From assembly GCA_951406725.2 (NCBI GenBank), contig OX597814.1, positions 132,432,001-132,496,000 of the forward strand: a stretch of 64,000 bases of DNA, given 5' to 3'. Shown here piece after piece: positions 1 through 10,960 of the stretch. The translations under genes were made by a program, and so were the position numbers. Position 1 is the stretch's first letter; each line of letters opens with the position of its first letter. Source of the DNA: Octopus vulgaris (taxonomy: Eukaryota). The notes beneath the pieces are model-generated. The model searched no databases and had not been told where the DNA came from. It was given only the letters and a program-made list of their open reading frames with translations.

Positions 1-684
1 TTTGTGATCCGTGTAGCTGACTATGTGGAAATGTGGACATCCTATGCTATCTCTATCTACTGTCCTACACAGTATCCTATCTAGATACGATCTCGACGAC
101 CCGATGCGGTTGCTCCATGTCCACGTTGGCGCATTCGGGTGGTCTAGTCGGAACCTGTCAGACAGTTGAAAGCGTCTGAGCAGCTCTCTGAGGCATTTGC
201 ATCCCCGTCTATTCCTATCTCTACCCACGTAGTCTACATGCGTGTCCAAGGTAGCATTCCAATCCCCCACTAAGAGTAAAGGTCGAGACGTTCCCAAGAA
301 AACTTCTAGACGTTGAAAGAAATCCGCCCGACCTGTTAAGGGCGGTGCGTAAACTGATACGAGTCGAAAAGCGCACCCATTGCTGCCGTCGACATCCAGG
401 ACGACCAGTCTACCCTCCGGATCTACGAATATTGTCCTTACTTTGAGATCCAGACTCTTGTGAAAAAGTACCGCGGTGCCACTACCGCCCATTCTCGGCA
501 GACAGGGGGAAAAATAAATGTTGAACTGTCCGCCAAACATGGTCTTTAGGGCCCGCGGATTGTGGAGTCTGGTCTCGCTTATGGCTATGATTTCTAACTT
601 ATGTGACTTTATGTCATTTAAGAGGTACCCTTGTTTCCAAGGGGACCCCAAGCCACGCGCATTTACACAACCAATCTTGATCAT
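1..684 (-). CDS. LINE ORF2 N-terminus, apurinic-like endonuclease domain (partial; not in the ORF track)
   Basis: Manual translation from ATG 684: MIKIGCVNARGL...IIAISETRL...GRLVVLDV...VSVYAP...LLVGDWNA...TWTW...YLDRIL...YTDHK. These are the N-x-x-G, xET, GDxN, DRI and (S/T)DH motifs of L1 endonucleases. The frame is open to the window edge. Confidence 0.9.
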   Translation of the reverse strand, partial: MIKIGCVNARGLGSPWKQGYLLNDIKSHKLEIIAISETRLHNPRALKTMFGGQFNIYFSPCLPRMGGSGTAVLFHKSLDLKVRTIFVDPEGRLVVLDVDGSNGCAFRLVSVYAPPLTGRADFFQRLEVFLGTSRPLLLVGDWNATLDTHVDYVGRDRNRRGCKCLRELLRRFQLSDRFRLDHPNAPTWTWSNRIGSSRSYLDRILCRTVDRDSIGCPHFHIVSYTDHK

Positions 685-978
685 AGTTCTAATGAATTAG
701 AATACAGAGGGTTACTTACTGCTCGAAAGTTTTTGCTTTCTCCTCCGTTGGTTTGTCCTCGAGAAGATCCCAGTACAGTTTCTTTGTGAGATATTTTTGG
801 CATTTACCAACCGCACTGGGGAAAATGCCTTTGAGTGTGTGGTGCAGACTTTTGGAGATGTGTAATATTTTGATGTGGTCTGGTGGTGTTGTGTATGGGT
901 GATTGTTTGTTTTTATGTCATCTTCTGTTATGTTTGTTTTTGATTGGATGTATTCCATCAAATTTGTGTTTTTGGTGT

Positions 979-2826
979 CTATGGCTGTGAGCATGTTTGC
1001 TGTATATGTTTTTGTGGTGTTGGTGTGGCTGTTGTTTGCGTTGGGTTTTGAAATGTCTTCGGGAGATGTATTTCCCCCTGCTTTGTTCGTGTTTGCATTT
1101 TCCTTCTTTTTGTAGCTATTTGCCATTCCTCACTGGTTTCGTCTTCCGACGAAATTTCTGAGGAATCAGAAGGGGGTAGGGGTATGTTGTGGGCTTCTAT
1201 GTATGTCTGTGTAAGTGGTTGTGTTGTTGTTTTCGTTGTTGTTGGTTGTTGAGTGTTTGTGTGTGTTGAGTGCGGTATAAGGGATGGGGGATCAGTTTGT
1301 GTGTGTTTTCTTTGTTTTTCTGTTCCTTTGGGTTTTGCTGTCGTTCTTGGTGTTGGAATTGGTTTATTTGTTGTTGGTGGTGATGATTCTGTTCTTGGCG
1401 CTGGTGTTGGTGTTGTTTGGTTGGGTTGGCTTGTTCTTTGTTGTTTTTCCTGCATTTCCGCACACAGCTTCTTGACTAGCTGTCCATATTGTGGTGTGGG
1501 CAATAATCCTGGCTTTTGTGATTTTTCCTGTGGCTGTTGTTGTTGTTGTAATTTTGCGGCAGATTTGCACTCCTTTTTGAGGTGTGCCTCACTGCCACAT
1601 GTATAGCATCGTGGCCTTCTGCCCTCGACTACTACGTATAACTTGCGGCCATCCTCAAGATGTACGTGGGTGGGGATTTTATTTATGTCCTCTTGACTTA
1701 TGTGGAAGAGGAACTCTATTCTCTTTCCCAGCCAGTCCTTGTTTTCCGAAACACCGATATCTAGGATGTTTAAGTCCTCCATTTCGGATGTTAATGCGGA
1801 TGTAATCCACAGTGTTGTAGTCACTTGGGGGACACCACTGATAATGACTTTCGTCACCTTCTGGCCGAGGTAACTCGGTGTCAACGTTAGTTCATCAGAA
1901 TGAAGGGTTATCGTTGAGAATTTCTTCGCCAACTCTTCATTCTGAAAAACCACCTGTACGTGTGCGAACTTGTTCGCCCAAGTCACACAATCCTTGTATC
2001 CCCAGATGGGGCGTAAGCACTTTTCGACTTTGTCTGTGCTTGCCTTTTCTGGACTTTTTGTTTTTTTATTTGTGATTTTATATACAATTGTCTTTTTTTT
2101 CTCCTCATTCAGTATGTGCTGAGGTATGTGTAAGAGTATTTTTCCGTTTTGATTTGTAATAAGGTTTCTGCAATCTTTAATCTGTTGTGTAGTAAACGAA
2201 ACTTTTGTTACCTTTTCTTTTATCGCCTCGGCGAAGTTTGTTGTTGTTTTGTTATTGTTGTTACTGCCGGTGGTGTTGGTGTTGATGGCAGGGGTGTGGG
2301 TTGTAGGTTTGTGGTTGCTGATTATGCAACTAGCAAGGGGTGGAAAATTGCCTGCGTAATTTAGTCCTGCATTAGCGCAAATTTCGACATTTCGTTTGCT
2401 TGTCGTCGTTATTTTTTCACTTGTTGGTGATGGAGTGAGCAGTGGTTGAAGGGAATTGTTGTTGTCGTCGTCGTTGTTGTTGTTGTTGTTATTGTCGTTC
2501 TTGGTGACGGCGGTGGTGTTCATAGTATTAGTAGCATTGACGGCACGGTTTTTGGTGGCGGTGATGGTGATGTTGGTGTTGTTATTGGTGGCGATATCTT
2601 TAGTAGGGATAGCAGTTTTAGTAGCAGGTTCTGCCATGGTGTTGGTGGTGGTGGTGGACTCACTGATGGTGTTGACGGTGCTTGGCCTTGCGACCTTTGT
2701 TTTGTATTTGTTGCTGTTGATGGTGGTGGAGTTGTCAGGTTCGGCGTATGCTAACAGAGCATCCTGTTTTTCTGTTTGTGCGTCACGCTTGACTTGCAAC
2801 TCAGCCTCGTGGTGGCCAGTGGCCAT
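979..2826 (-). CDS. LINE ORF1 gag-like nucleic-acid-binding protein (~615 aa from first ATG 2826; the ORF track starts at GTG 2856)
   Basis: Long ORF with zinc knuckle CYTCGSEAHLKKEC (CX2CX4HX4C) and T/N/Q/P-rich low-complexity flanks, upstream of the endonuclease ORF. Confidence 0.85.
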   Translation of the reverse strand: MATGHHEAELQVKRDAQTEKQDALLAYAEPDNSTTINSNKYKTKVARPSTVNTISESTTTTNTMAEPATKTAIPTKDIATNNNTNITITATKNRAVNATNTMNTTAVTKNDNNNNNNNDDDNNNSLQPLLTPSPTSEKITTTSKRNVEICANAGLNYAGNFPPLASCIISNHKPTTHTPAINTNTTGSNNNNKTTTNFAEAIKEKVTKVSFTTQQIKDCRNLITNQNGKILLHIPQHILNEEKKKTIVYKITNKKTKSPEKASTDKVEKCLRPIWGYKDCVTWANKFAHVQVVFQNEELAKKFSTITLHSDELTLTPSYLGQKVTKVIISGVPQVTTTLWITSALTSEMEDLNILDIGVSENKDWLGKRIEFLFHISQEDINKIPTHVHLEDGRKLYVVVEGRRPRCYTCGSEAHLKKECKSAAKLQQQQQPQEKSQKPGLLPTPQYGQLVKKLCAEMQEKQQRTSQPNQTTPTPAPRTESSPPTTNKPIPTPRTTAKPKGTEKQRKHTQTDPPSLIPHSTHTNTQQPTTTKTTTQPLTQTYIEAHNIPLPPSDSSEISSEDETSEEWQIATKRRKMQTRTKQGEIHLPKTFQNPTQTTATPTPQKHIQQTCSQP

Positions 2827-3046
2827 TTTGGAAATAAAATGGCTAAATGAAACCACGAAGGCTATGAGAATTTTTTCTTTTAAATTTTGCCCACAAGGGG
2901 CAAAATTTTGTGTCGATATTTATCAATGGTTTACAGTGGATGTTGTTGCACAACTTTTAAGCACAAAATGTTTGTCAATATACACTTTTAAATAGTCAAA
3001 ATAAATGATTACCTTCGGAGCTGAAACGACATCACATCCGTCAATA

Positions 3047-3053
3047 GAGAGAG

Positions 3054-3110
<57 letters not shown>

Positions 3111-3200
3111 TATAGATAGATAGATAGATAGATTGATAGACAGATAGATAGCTTGAAAGAAAGATAGATAGATAGATAGATATATAGATATATAGATATG
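3047..3200. repeat. (GATA)n/(TATC)n microsatellite at the outer end of the inverted arm
   Basis: Direct reading. Paralogous tracts at ~19200-19370, 23491-23705, 38626-38705, 42858-42968 and 63321-63470. Confidence 0.95.
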
Positions 3201-3421
3201 CAACAGAAATGATAAATTATATTAAAAATAGATTCGGAAATTCTTAAGACAATATTTTTCTATGCCTATGTTCCTGCGTATTAAGACAAATCACAATGAA
3301 TCACACCCGCTCAACAGGTAAAAGAGGAAACAAATCTTATACCATGTCCTGGTTCCTTCAGGCGCTCTGCAACTTATATAGATCACAACATATTTAACTT
3401 AATATCTGATCTTTCACATTA

Positions 3422-3563
3422 CCGGAAGTAAATTTTTCCTTAAATTTGTTAATTCCTCCTGTTTATATTTATAATTTTTTAGTTTTCATAATCTTTGTGA
3501 CATATGGTAATTCCACGGTAAAAATATTATATATAAGTAATCTCAGAGGAGATGTTATTATCA
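3422..3563 (+). promoter_or_regulatory. Putative IL-17 promoter: ETS-like CCGGAAGT (3422-3429), kappaB-like GGTAATTCC (3506-3514), TATATAAG (3530-3537), possible Inr TCA (3561-3563)
   Basis: The ETS-like, kappaB-like and TATA motifs keep the same order and near-identical spacing upstream of all seven exon-1 copies on both strands. Confidence 0.6.
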
Positions 3564-3670
3564 CAAGCGAATATCATTTTGATAAACTCGCACGCTCAAG
3601 ATTTATCTGTAAATACATACATATATACTACGATTGTCATCCTTTCCATTCCAAGTGACCATACTTTATA

Positions 3671-4605
3671 ATGAATACCACCAACGTAAGTAGACGAACC
3701 TTGTTAATATCAACTGTAATATTTATATCTTCAGTCTTATGTCTATGCTTACTCTTCTATCATTCATAGGAATGAGTGAATCATTTTGCTTATGTTCTTT
3801 ACGCAGATTGGTACTATACATTTGATACGTATTTCTATGGCTGTGGTATATTGATCTAATTCTGTGCTTTCATATATATATATACATATTCAATATATAT
3901 ATATATTTATAAATGGCACCGTTTTTTTCATACCTCTTTTAAACAACTATAATTCTTTAATCTCACTTCTAATTTAACTAAAATTGTAGTTGGGTGTCCG
4001 AGAGCACACATTTGGCAGGTTTTAAAGGAGAATTTGTGCAAAAGATTTAAAGAACCTTAAAACAGAAGGATATGAAGCACATAAACTCTGTATTCATTTC
4101 CCTCTCTATTTAATTATTTATTGGTTAAAGTAAATAACACCTTTGATCTTGAATGTCCAAGGTATTCTTCCAAGAAGATTCCTCATCTAAGTATCAAATC
4201 CGGCCAGTACATAGAAGAATCCGATCTCCAGGCCATCGATAGTTTAATAGATGAAGGTAAATGCCGACACCGCTTAGCACCAGTGACAACATACCTCAAT
4301 TACGCAGCTTAGGGGAGTAGAGCAACGCGAAATAAAATGCTTTGGTTAAGAATACAAAACACAGTCCGGCACGAAATTCGGTGCTCTAACCACTGACACA
4401 TGTGCCTTCAAAATTATCTGTTAGAAAGTAGCATAAACTCTGTTCATAGAGCTTTTGAAAGCTACGCAATCATCCTTCGAAATATATTTTCATAGCAAAC
4501 GATGCTTATGGACGGATTTGAAGTCACAGAGCAACTCAAAGGAAGTTAAATCACTCTCCACATTCCGATAAACATTTCCTCTTTTAGCCCTCTTATACAT
4601 ACATA

Positions 4606-4664
<59 letters not shown>

Positions 4665-5558
4665 TCTTACTTTATTTTTGTAATTTTTATTTTTGTAGCT
4701 TTTATTTTTTAACTTTTTATTTGAATTTTTATCTGAATTACGGCTTGTACTGTACGGTCCAGCGGACCTAATTTAAACATACCTATTTTACACGTACTTA
4801 AGTGTTTAAAAAAATTCAAATATAGTTTATAGTATTAAACGATAATAAAGTGATATAAGGGCCTAATGATTGGGTGAGTTAGTCAGTCAGTCAGTCATTC
4901 AGTCAGTAGGTGAGTTGTTGTGAGCGATAGATGTAGTATATTATACTTGATTTCGTTTATTCATTTAGCTGCGTGTCATATTGAACCGTAATTACTCATT
5001 TTCACATATACATTTTATATCACGCAGGTCCTCCTCCGAGTTGTGATCTTCCTCCTCACCAACGTCGTATTCTTCATATCCTCGGCGTCAGTTCCGACTC
5101 AATGTAATATACCAAGCGACGTGAATATTCGGTACGAGAAACTCTACAACGCAGCGATCGGCAATAACTTTTTTCTACCAGCTGAAATAGCTCCAGCGGG
5201 AAGTGACCAACAAGCATTATTCGTAGGGGATAAAACTTGCCCAAAATCTTCCGTATCTACTGATATCATACGCGAGCGTTCAACCTGCCCATGGTACCTG
5301 AAAATTACCCAAAATTCCTCATATTTTCCTCCATCACGCACAGAAGTCGTGTGTCGCTGTACAGACTGTCTGGACTCTGACAGTAACCATCAATGTGTGA
5401 TGGTGTATACTCCAATGACTGTCCTGAAACGTACAGCTGAATGTGTTCATGGACTGTACGTTTATAAACCAAGTGTCATCGAGGTTCCTACAGCCTGTGT
5501 TTGCGCACGGAAAGTCGATATAATATCTGGAGGAAATGACGATGAATATGAGTCGTAA
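3671..5558 (+). CDS. IL17: Interleukin-17-like cytokine 1, join(3671..3685,5028..5558), 181 aa
   Basis: Exon 1 is MNTTN|GTAAGT; the phase-0 acceptor cacgcag is at 5027. Hydrophobic signal peptide VLLRVVIFLLTNVVFFISSA. IL-17 cystine-knot motifs RSTCPW, CRCTDC, CVMVYTPMTVLKR and TACVC. Confidence 0.9.
4135..4409 (-). mobile_element. Old tRNA-derived SINE in intron 1, antisense to the gene; copies ~24643-24917 and ~43958-44232, inverted-arm paralogs ~18098-18400, ~37537-37820 and ~59308-59610
   Basis: A-box-like CAGTGGTTAGAGCA head, with B-box-like TTCGATTTCC in the 18098 copy. Its presence in both arm types shows it predates the inversion. Confidence 0.6.
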
Positions 5559-7695
5559 TATCGGCCAACATCCTCAAACATTTGAATGTGTGTAACACAA
5601 ATGTTTTTCATAATGTTATGGAATTTAAAAGTAAACCACTGTGTGGTTGTTATAAGAAACATATACGAAACATGCACACACACACACAAATTATACAAGC
5701 GTATATATTTAAATAGGTGCTCTTACGCTATTTCTTTCTTTCGCTGTCATTCGCTTTCTCGCTCTCTCTTTGTGTTTATAGATACACACAACACACACAC
5801 AAACACACACACAAAATCACTCACATACACACATATACATACAATTATATATATATAAGTGTATATAGAAATATGCATATATTTACATGCATTCATTTAA
5901 AAAATACAATCATACATACGTTAACCAAAAAGAGATCTCTAAGTGAAATATATTTCTTGCTATTTTGTTTTTCTATAGTGTAAAAATGGAGGGAACTCTT
6001 ATCTTGCCTACTATCATATTTAACTCAATTAACATTTCCTTTTTTTTAACCTAAGCCTATATCAGGATTCTTTATATATAAATATTTGAAACCGATAAAT
6101 TGTGTTGAATGAATTTACATATACGTTACATGTTCCTAACACTAAATACTTCGATATTCATGGTTTACTCATTATAAGTATCAACAATGCATATAAATAC
6201 GGAACTGCATACACATGAAAGTACACATGTTATCTTACTTTGCTGGCATTCTGATAATAGTGGTAATAATTCTGGTAATAATGAACAACGTTCCATTCCA
6301 TTTGAGTAACATTTCAAAAATATAGGAAGATTATTCATAAATTTTACATGCATTAACTTGAGGGAGTGGATATCTGACTGTCATTTTGTTTTATATTTAA
6401 TTACATAAATGAGAGGTAGAATTACAGCCGTTTCATAAATTTCTTCATGTATTAATTTCACTATGCAACGATTTATACTTACATGCTTTCGTTCATATCA
6501 TTGCTCATCCTTTTACAAAACAATTTTATATTCACAAATTGATTGAAATAAAGAAAGCTAGCGTCCTTGCATATTTGACATGACACTACGTTGTAATTCT
6601 TGATCATGTGAACTGATAGAGATTACTGTGATAGCCGCTAGATTCTCAGAACACACATCCATATCATATAGTTACTTAAACATTAGTACTCAGTCCCCCA
6701 GAAAATTAACACACATAATAACGTTTATGTAATATTTACATAAATATTTAATCCTAACTAATATATAACTTTGAAACAAAATATATATATAAGCATTTTT
6801 GCATATATTTAAACATAAATTCATATATGTATGTTAGCAAATGTAGGCTAATGTTTGTGTGTATGTTTTTTATGTAGGCAAACATGCACCTTCAAGCACA
6901 CACGCGCGCGCGCACACACTCACAAACACATACACACACATATATATATACGTCATTATAACTGAATAAAAATTTTTTTCAAGATAAACTATTTAATTTT
7001 TCTATGTATATATTTACAATTATATTTATCATTCGTAGAATGAGTGTAAAACTGTTTAAATATATTTTTCTCTTGCTTTTCCATAATGCAAAACCTAAGA
7101 CATATATATGTTAATTTGTATCATATATTTATTGTATTGTAAACAGTTGGATTCTAATATCAATAAAAAGTTTATTTCAATACATAACGTGTCCTTTGCT
7201 ATGTTCATATTTTCATTCTCTGACTTGAATAAAACCTGTTAACCTCCACTCACTGACTGCATTAGTCGCTGAACATGAATGAATACACCATACCCTAAAA
7301 ATATGCAGTTAAATTTACTGAAGCAAATTTCCTGCTACACTCTGGAAGGAAAAGCCCTGCAATCGTATGAAATTTCAGGCACTTCACAGTCGGTCGAACA
7401 TCAGGCTAAAATCGGAATACACAAACCCAGAAGGTAATACACTAATTGCACCAAATCCTGAACTACTTACCTCTCTTACACATAATATTTTTGCCTCAGG
7501 GACTAGTAGACCAGACACTGTTTAGTATTCGGTGTGCATTCAAAGCAATGATTAGTAATTTTCGATACCGTTATGCTTTTGAATCTCTTTAACAATTCAC
7601 AATAATGACTTTTGATCATTTAAACCCTACCTCAGTTCATCTAATTGCATATATCTATATTTATTTTTCATTACAACCCATTCTTCTTACTTCCC

Positions 7696-7735
<40 letters not shown>

Positions 7736-7879
7736 ACTTGAATGATTTCACATTTTCAATAAAATATTATCAAAAGTAAAATATAAAACTTTGCATAAGC
7801 TTTGTTGTGTTAAAGAATTGTTATCATAGTTATATTTAAATACAGTTATACAGTCTTTGATAATGATGCGAAAATGTTA

Positions 7880-9360
7880 AGATGGTCTTTATGTTTAAAC
7901 AGTTTACATTAAATGGGTAAATCCCACGTCAGTACCCTCTTTGATACGGTGTATATCTTCAGTACTGAATTAAGAATGGAGTGAAGTATGTTCGTCTTGA
8001 TGAGACTAACACATTTGTGTATGGACGAGCTAGAGATACCATCGGGGAAGGTTATGAAGCAAATAGAAGACACGGACTCTAAGTACTTGGGGATATTGGA
8101 AATGGATAAATTGGTGGAGGAACAAATGACCGGACAGTTTAAAGTGGAGTACTTGCACAGACTAAGTCAAAATTAAGCAGTTGAAATAAGATTGAAAGTG
8201 TAAACACCTGGGCGGTTTCAGTCCTTAGAGATGGAACGGGCTTAATCGCATAGAGAGTCGACGAACTAAACAGCTTAGACAGAAACTCAAATAAGTTGCT
8301 GATTAGATATGGGTTACTCCACCCAAAAAGTGACACAAACAGACTGCATGTACCACGAGAAAGAGCGGACGTGAAAACAGAATTAGAGCAGACAAAAACA
8401 TTATTGCATTGTATGCAAAAAATGCCACAGAACCGCTATTATTGGAAGTAGGAAGGTTATGCTTGTTTAGGATGGAAGATTGCAAAGATAACGCACTGTT
8501 CAAGCACTTGAGAATGAATGAAACTGAACATTAGAGGCTAAAGAAGAATGCATGGACAATTTGATAGGGGTGTTGAATATAAAACAGGCAGAAAAAAATG
8601 AAGATGGTTATGGATCACTAAATTCGATTTAAACCCGGAAACGGTGATTTTAATTTGTGCTGCCCGAGAGCAAGCATGAAATACCAATTACATCAAATAT
8701 AGAATAGACAACACATCAGAAATTGATAAGTGCAGCATTTTTATACAAAATGGTGAAACCGTATCACATATTACCTGTCAATGTACGCCATTAACGCAAG
8801 GATTGTGCGTTGGACACTTTGCAACAAGTATTCACTTGATAGAGTAAAAAAAGTGGTACAAACATACATCTGAAGGCATCATGGAAAATGATAATGCAAA
8901 GATTCTATGGTATTTTACAATTCGGTGTGATTTTAATAGAGAGAATAGAAAACCAGACATAGTGTTAATTGAGAAAGAGGGTAAACGAAGCTGGATCATG
9001 GTCAGCTGACAACAAGGCATGCGATATGAAAGAAAGAAAAGTCGATAGACATGACAGGTTAGCTTGGGAGATTAAACAGTTGTCGTTGTGGTCGCTGAAA
9101 AATGTGGTAGGAGCACCAATAATTGTCGGAAAGCTGGGAACAATAAGTAAAAATCTTGAGTAGTACATAGAACATATAGAGGCTGCAATAATAGTGGAGC
9201 ACATGCAGAAAACAGCTCTGCTCGTAAGAGCTTGAATAATCTTGATGGTACTCGAAAAATAACGGTTGTTTCCTTAGTTCACTGTAGTTAACAGCCAAAA
9301 CAGTGGTACGTCTCCAGCGTTCCAGGTTGTGCAACGACAATGTAATAATAATAATAATAA
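7880..9360 (+). mobile_element. Degenerate R4/Dong-like (RLE-type) retrotransposon 3' relic
   Basis: Broken frames keep KYLGILE, VNTWAV, HPKSD, KPETV.LICAA and KPDIVLIE motifs that align with the 55555-57802 element. Ends in (TAA)n. Confidence 0.8.
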
Positions 9361-9467
9361 TTGCCTCACAGACCCGCCCGAGAATATGGGAAACACTGTT
9401 ATTAATATAGAAAATCACGAATGCAAACAGTTTAGTTGATGTGAATATATTTTGTCTAAATGTGTAT

Positions 9468-9541
<74 letters not shown>

Positions 9542-10099
9542 ACGCCCATAAATACATATATATATGTGACTGTGCCAGTGCGCGTTGTGCATCCTGAAAG
9601 TTCCGTCTTTTTGTGTTCACGAATTGGACGCTTCGTTGAGCAAGTCACTCCAATTCGCGTCTGACGAAACGGCCTAGCCTTCCTGCAGAACTCATATCCT
9701 CAATGAATCGCGGGTTAAATGTTGGTTTGATCGAGTGCATGCTTACTCACGCGTAAATAAACATCTAAAATATTAGCGACGACTATCTAGTCTTTTGTGA
9801 GTTACAGCTATGGTTTTCTAAATAGATTTGAACGTACACACTTATGTAATCAAGTATGTATATATAAGGGTATCACATGGCATCAAAAATGAATCATTCC
9901 AGTAATTGTTTTTGACAATAGCTTTTCTCGTGTAACAAGGTTGCAGCTATGATTTACGTATGTATGTAATTATGTATGTATGTATGTATGTATGTATGTA
10001 TGTATGTATGTATGTATTTATGTATTTATGTATGTGTGTGTGTTTGCGGCGCATGTGTAAGTATATGTGCGTGTGTGTGCGAGATTGTGCACGCGTCTT

Positions 10100-10960
10100 T
10101 ATGTCTTTGGCCCTCAACACCGGTTGACAAACGGTGCTGTTATGTTTACATTCAGCAACTTAACACTGCCGCAAAATGTTCGTTGGGATAAGTGCCAAGT
10201 TTGAAAAACGGACTATTGTTAATTCAATAAAATTCTTGAATGCGGTGTCACTGGCCGCAATCTCATGACCGAAAAAAGTAAGTACCTAGATACACATATA
10301 TTTTGTGTGTGTGCGTGTGTGTGTAATTCCTTATTCATTAATTATTTTACTTCATTCAGTCACTAGAGAGCGGCCATCCTGGAGCACCAGCTTGGAGGCT
10401 TTTAGTTAAAAATATCGAGCCGAGAACATATTTTCTAAGTCTAGTAACTATTCAAAACTTCTCTTTCGCCGGAACGCTACCTTACAATTATAGCAACACG
10501 CGAACACATGCTTCTGGATCGGTCATGCGGGTGATAAACACATACACAATAACAAACGCACACACACACACTCACACATGCACATGCACGTGGTCATGCA
10601 CAGACATAAGCACGCGCGCATATACGCACTCATATTCGACGGGCTTCTTTCCGTTTCCGTCTACCAAATCCACTCACAAGTCTTTAGTCAGCCCGTTGCT
10701 ATGATAAAACACACTTGTCAAGTCAGAATAAACCCAGAACCATGCGTTTGGGAAGCAAGATTCTTTTCTGCTCTAGGCACAAGGACCGAAATTTTGGGAG
10801 AGGAAGCCAGTCGATTAGATCGACCCTAGATTGCAACGGGAACTTAATTTATTGAGCCCGAAAGGATAAAAGGCAAAGTCGACCTCGGTGGAATTTGAAC
10901 ACACAACTTAAAGATATTTCTCCCGGCGTGATAACGTTTCTGCCCGTTCGCCGCCTTCTG
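10100..10960. mobile_element. Cluster of nested SINE fragments; copies ~30630-31545 and ~49975-50880
   Basis: Minus-strand tRNA-like head at ~10900-10957. The tail gcggccatcctggagcacc at ~10370 is related to the tail joined to U6. Confidence 0.55.

Larger units (their letters stand above)
1..3045 (-). mobile_element. L1/Tx1-type non-LTR retrotransposon, 5' part (5' UTR, ORF1, start of ORF2); runs off the left edge of the window
   Basis: Gag-like ORF1 with a CCHC knuckle, followed by an APE-endonuclease ORF2. The 5' end abuts a (GATA)n tract. The equivalent sites at ~23490, ~42858 and ~63320 lack the element. Confidence 0.9.

Noticed and set aside
903-2995. Hydrophobic plus-strand ORFs (903-1115, 1253-1606, 2446-2754, 2456-2995) that look like membrane proteins
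   Set aside because: They are antisense shadows of the ACA/AAC-rich LINE ORF1.
3446-4312. Short ORFs repeated between units (MLIPPVY..., MVKVNNTF...)
   Set aside because: They recur only because of recent duplication. They have non-ATG starts, overlap the promoter or an intronic SINE, and are not kept in the inverted arms.
5043-5045. GTG/TTG starts for the IL-17 ORFs
   Set aside because: The locus is eukaryotic; an in-frame splice acceptor and an upstream ATG exon explain the N-terminus.
9655-9700. CTGACGA followed by a small ggc-cta-gcc hairpin, as a possible hammerhead
   Set aside because: There is no GAAA after the stem, and stems I and III are not identifiable.
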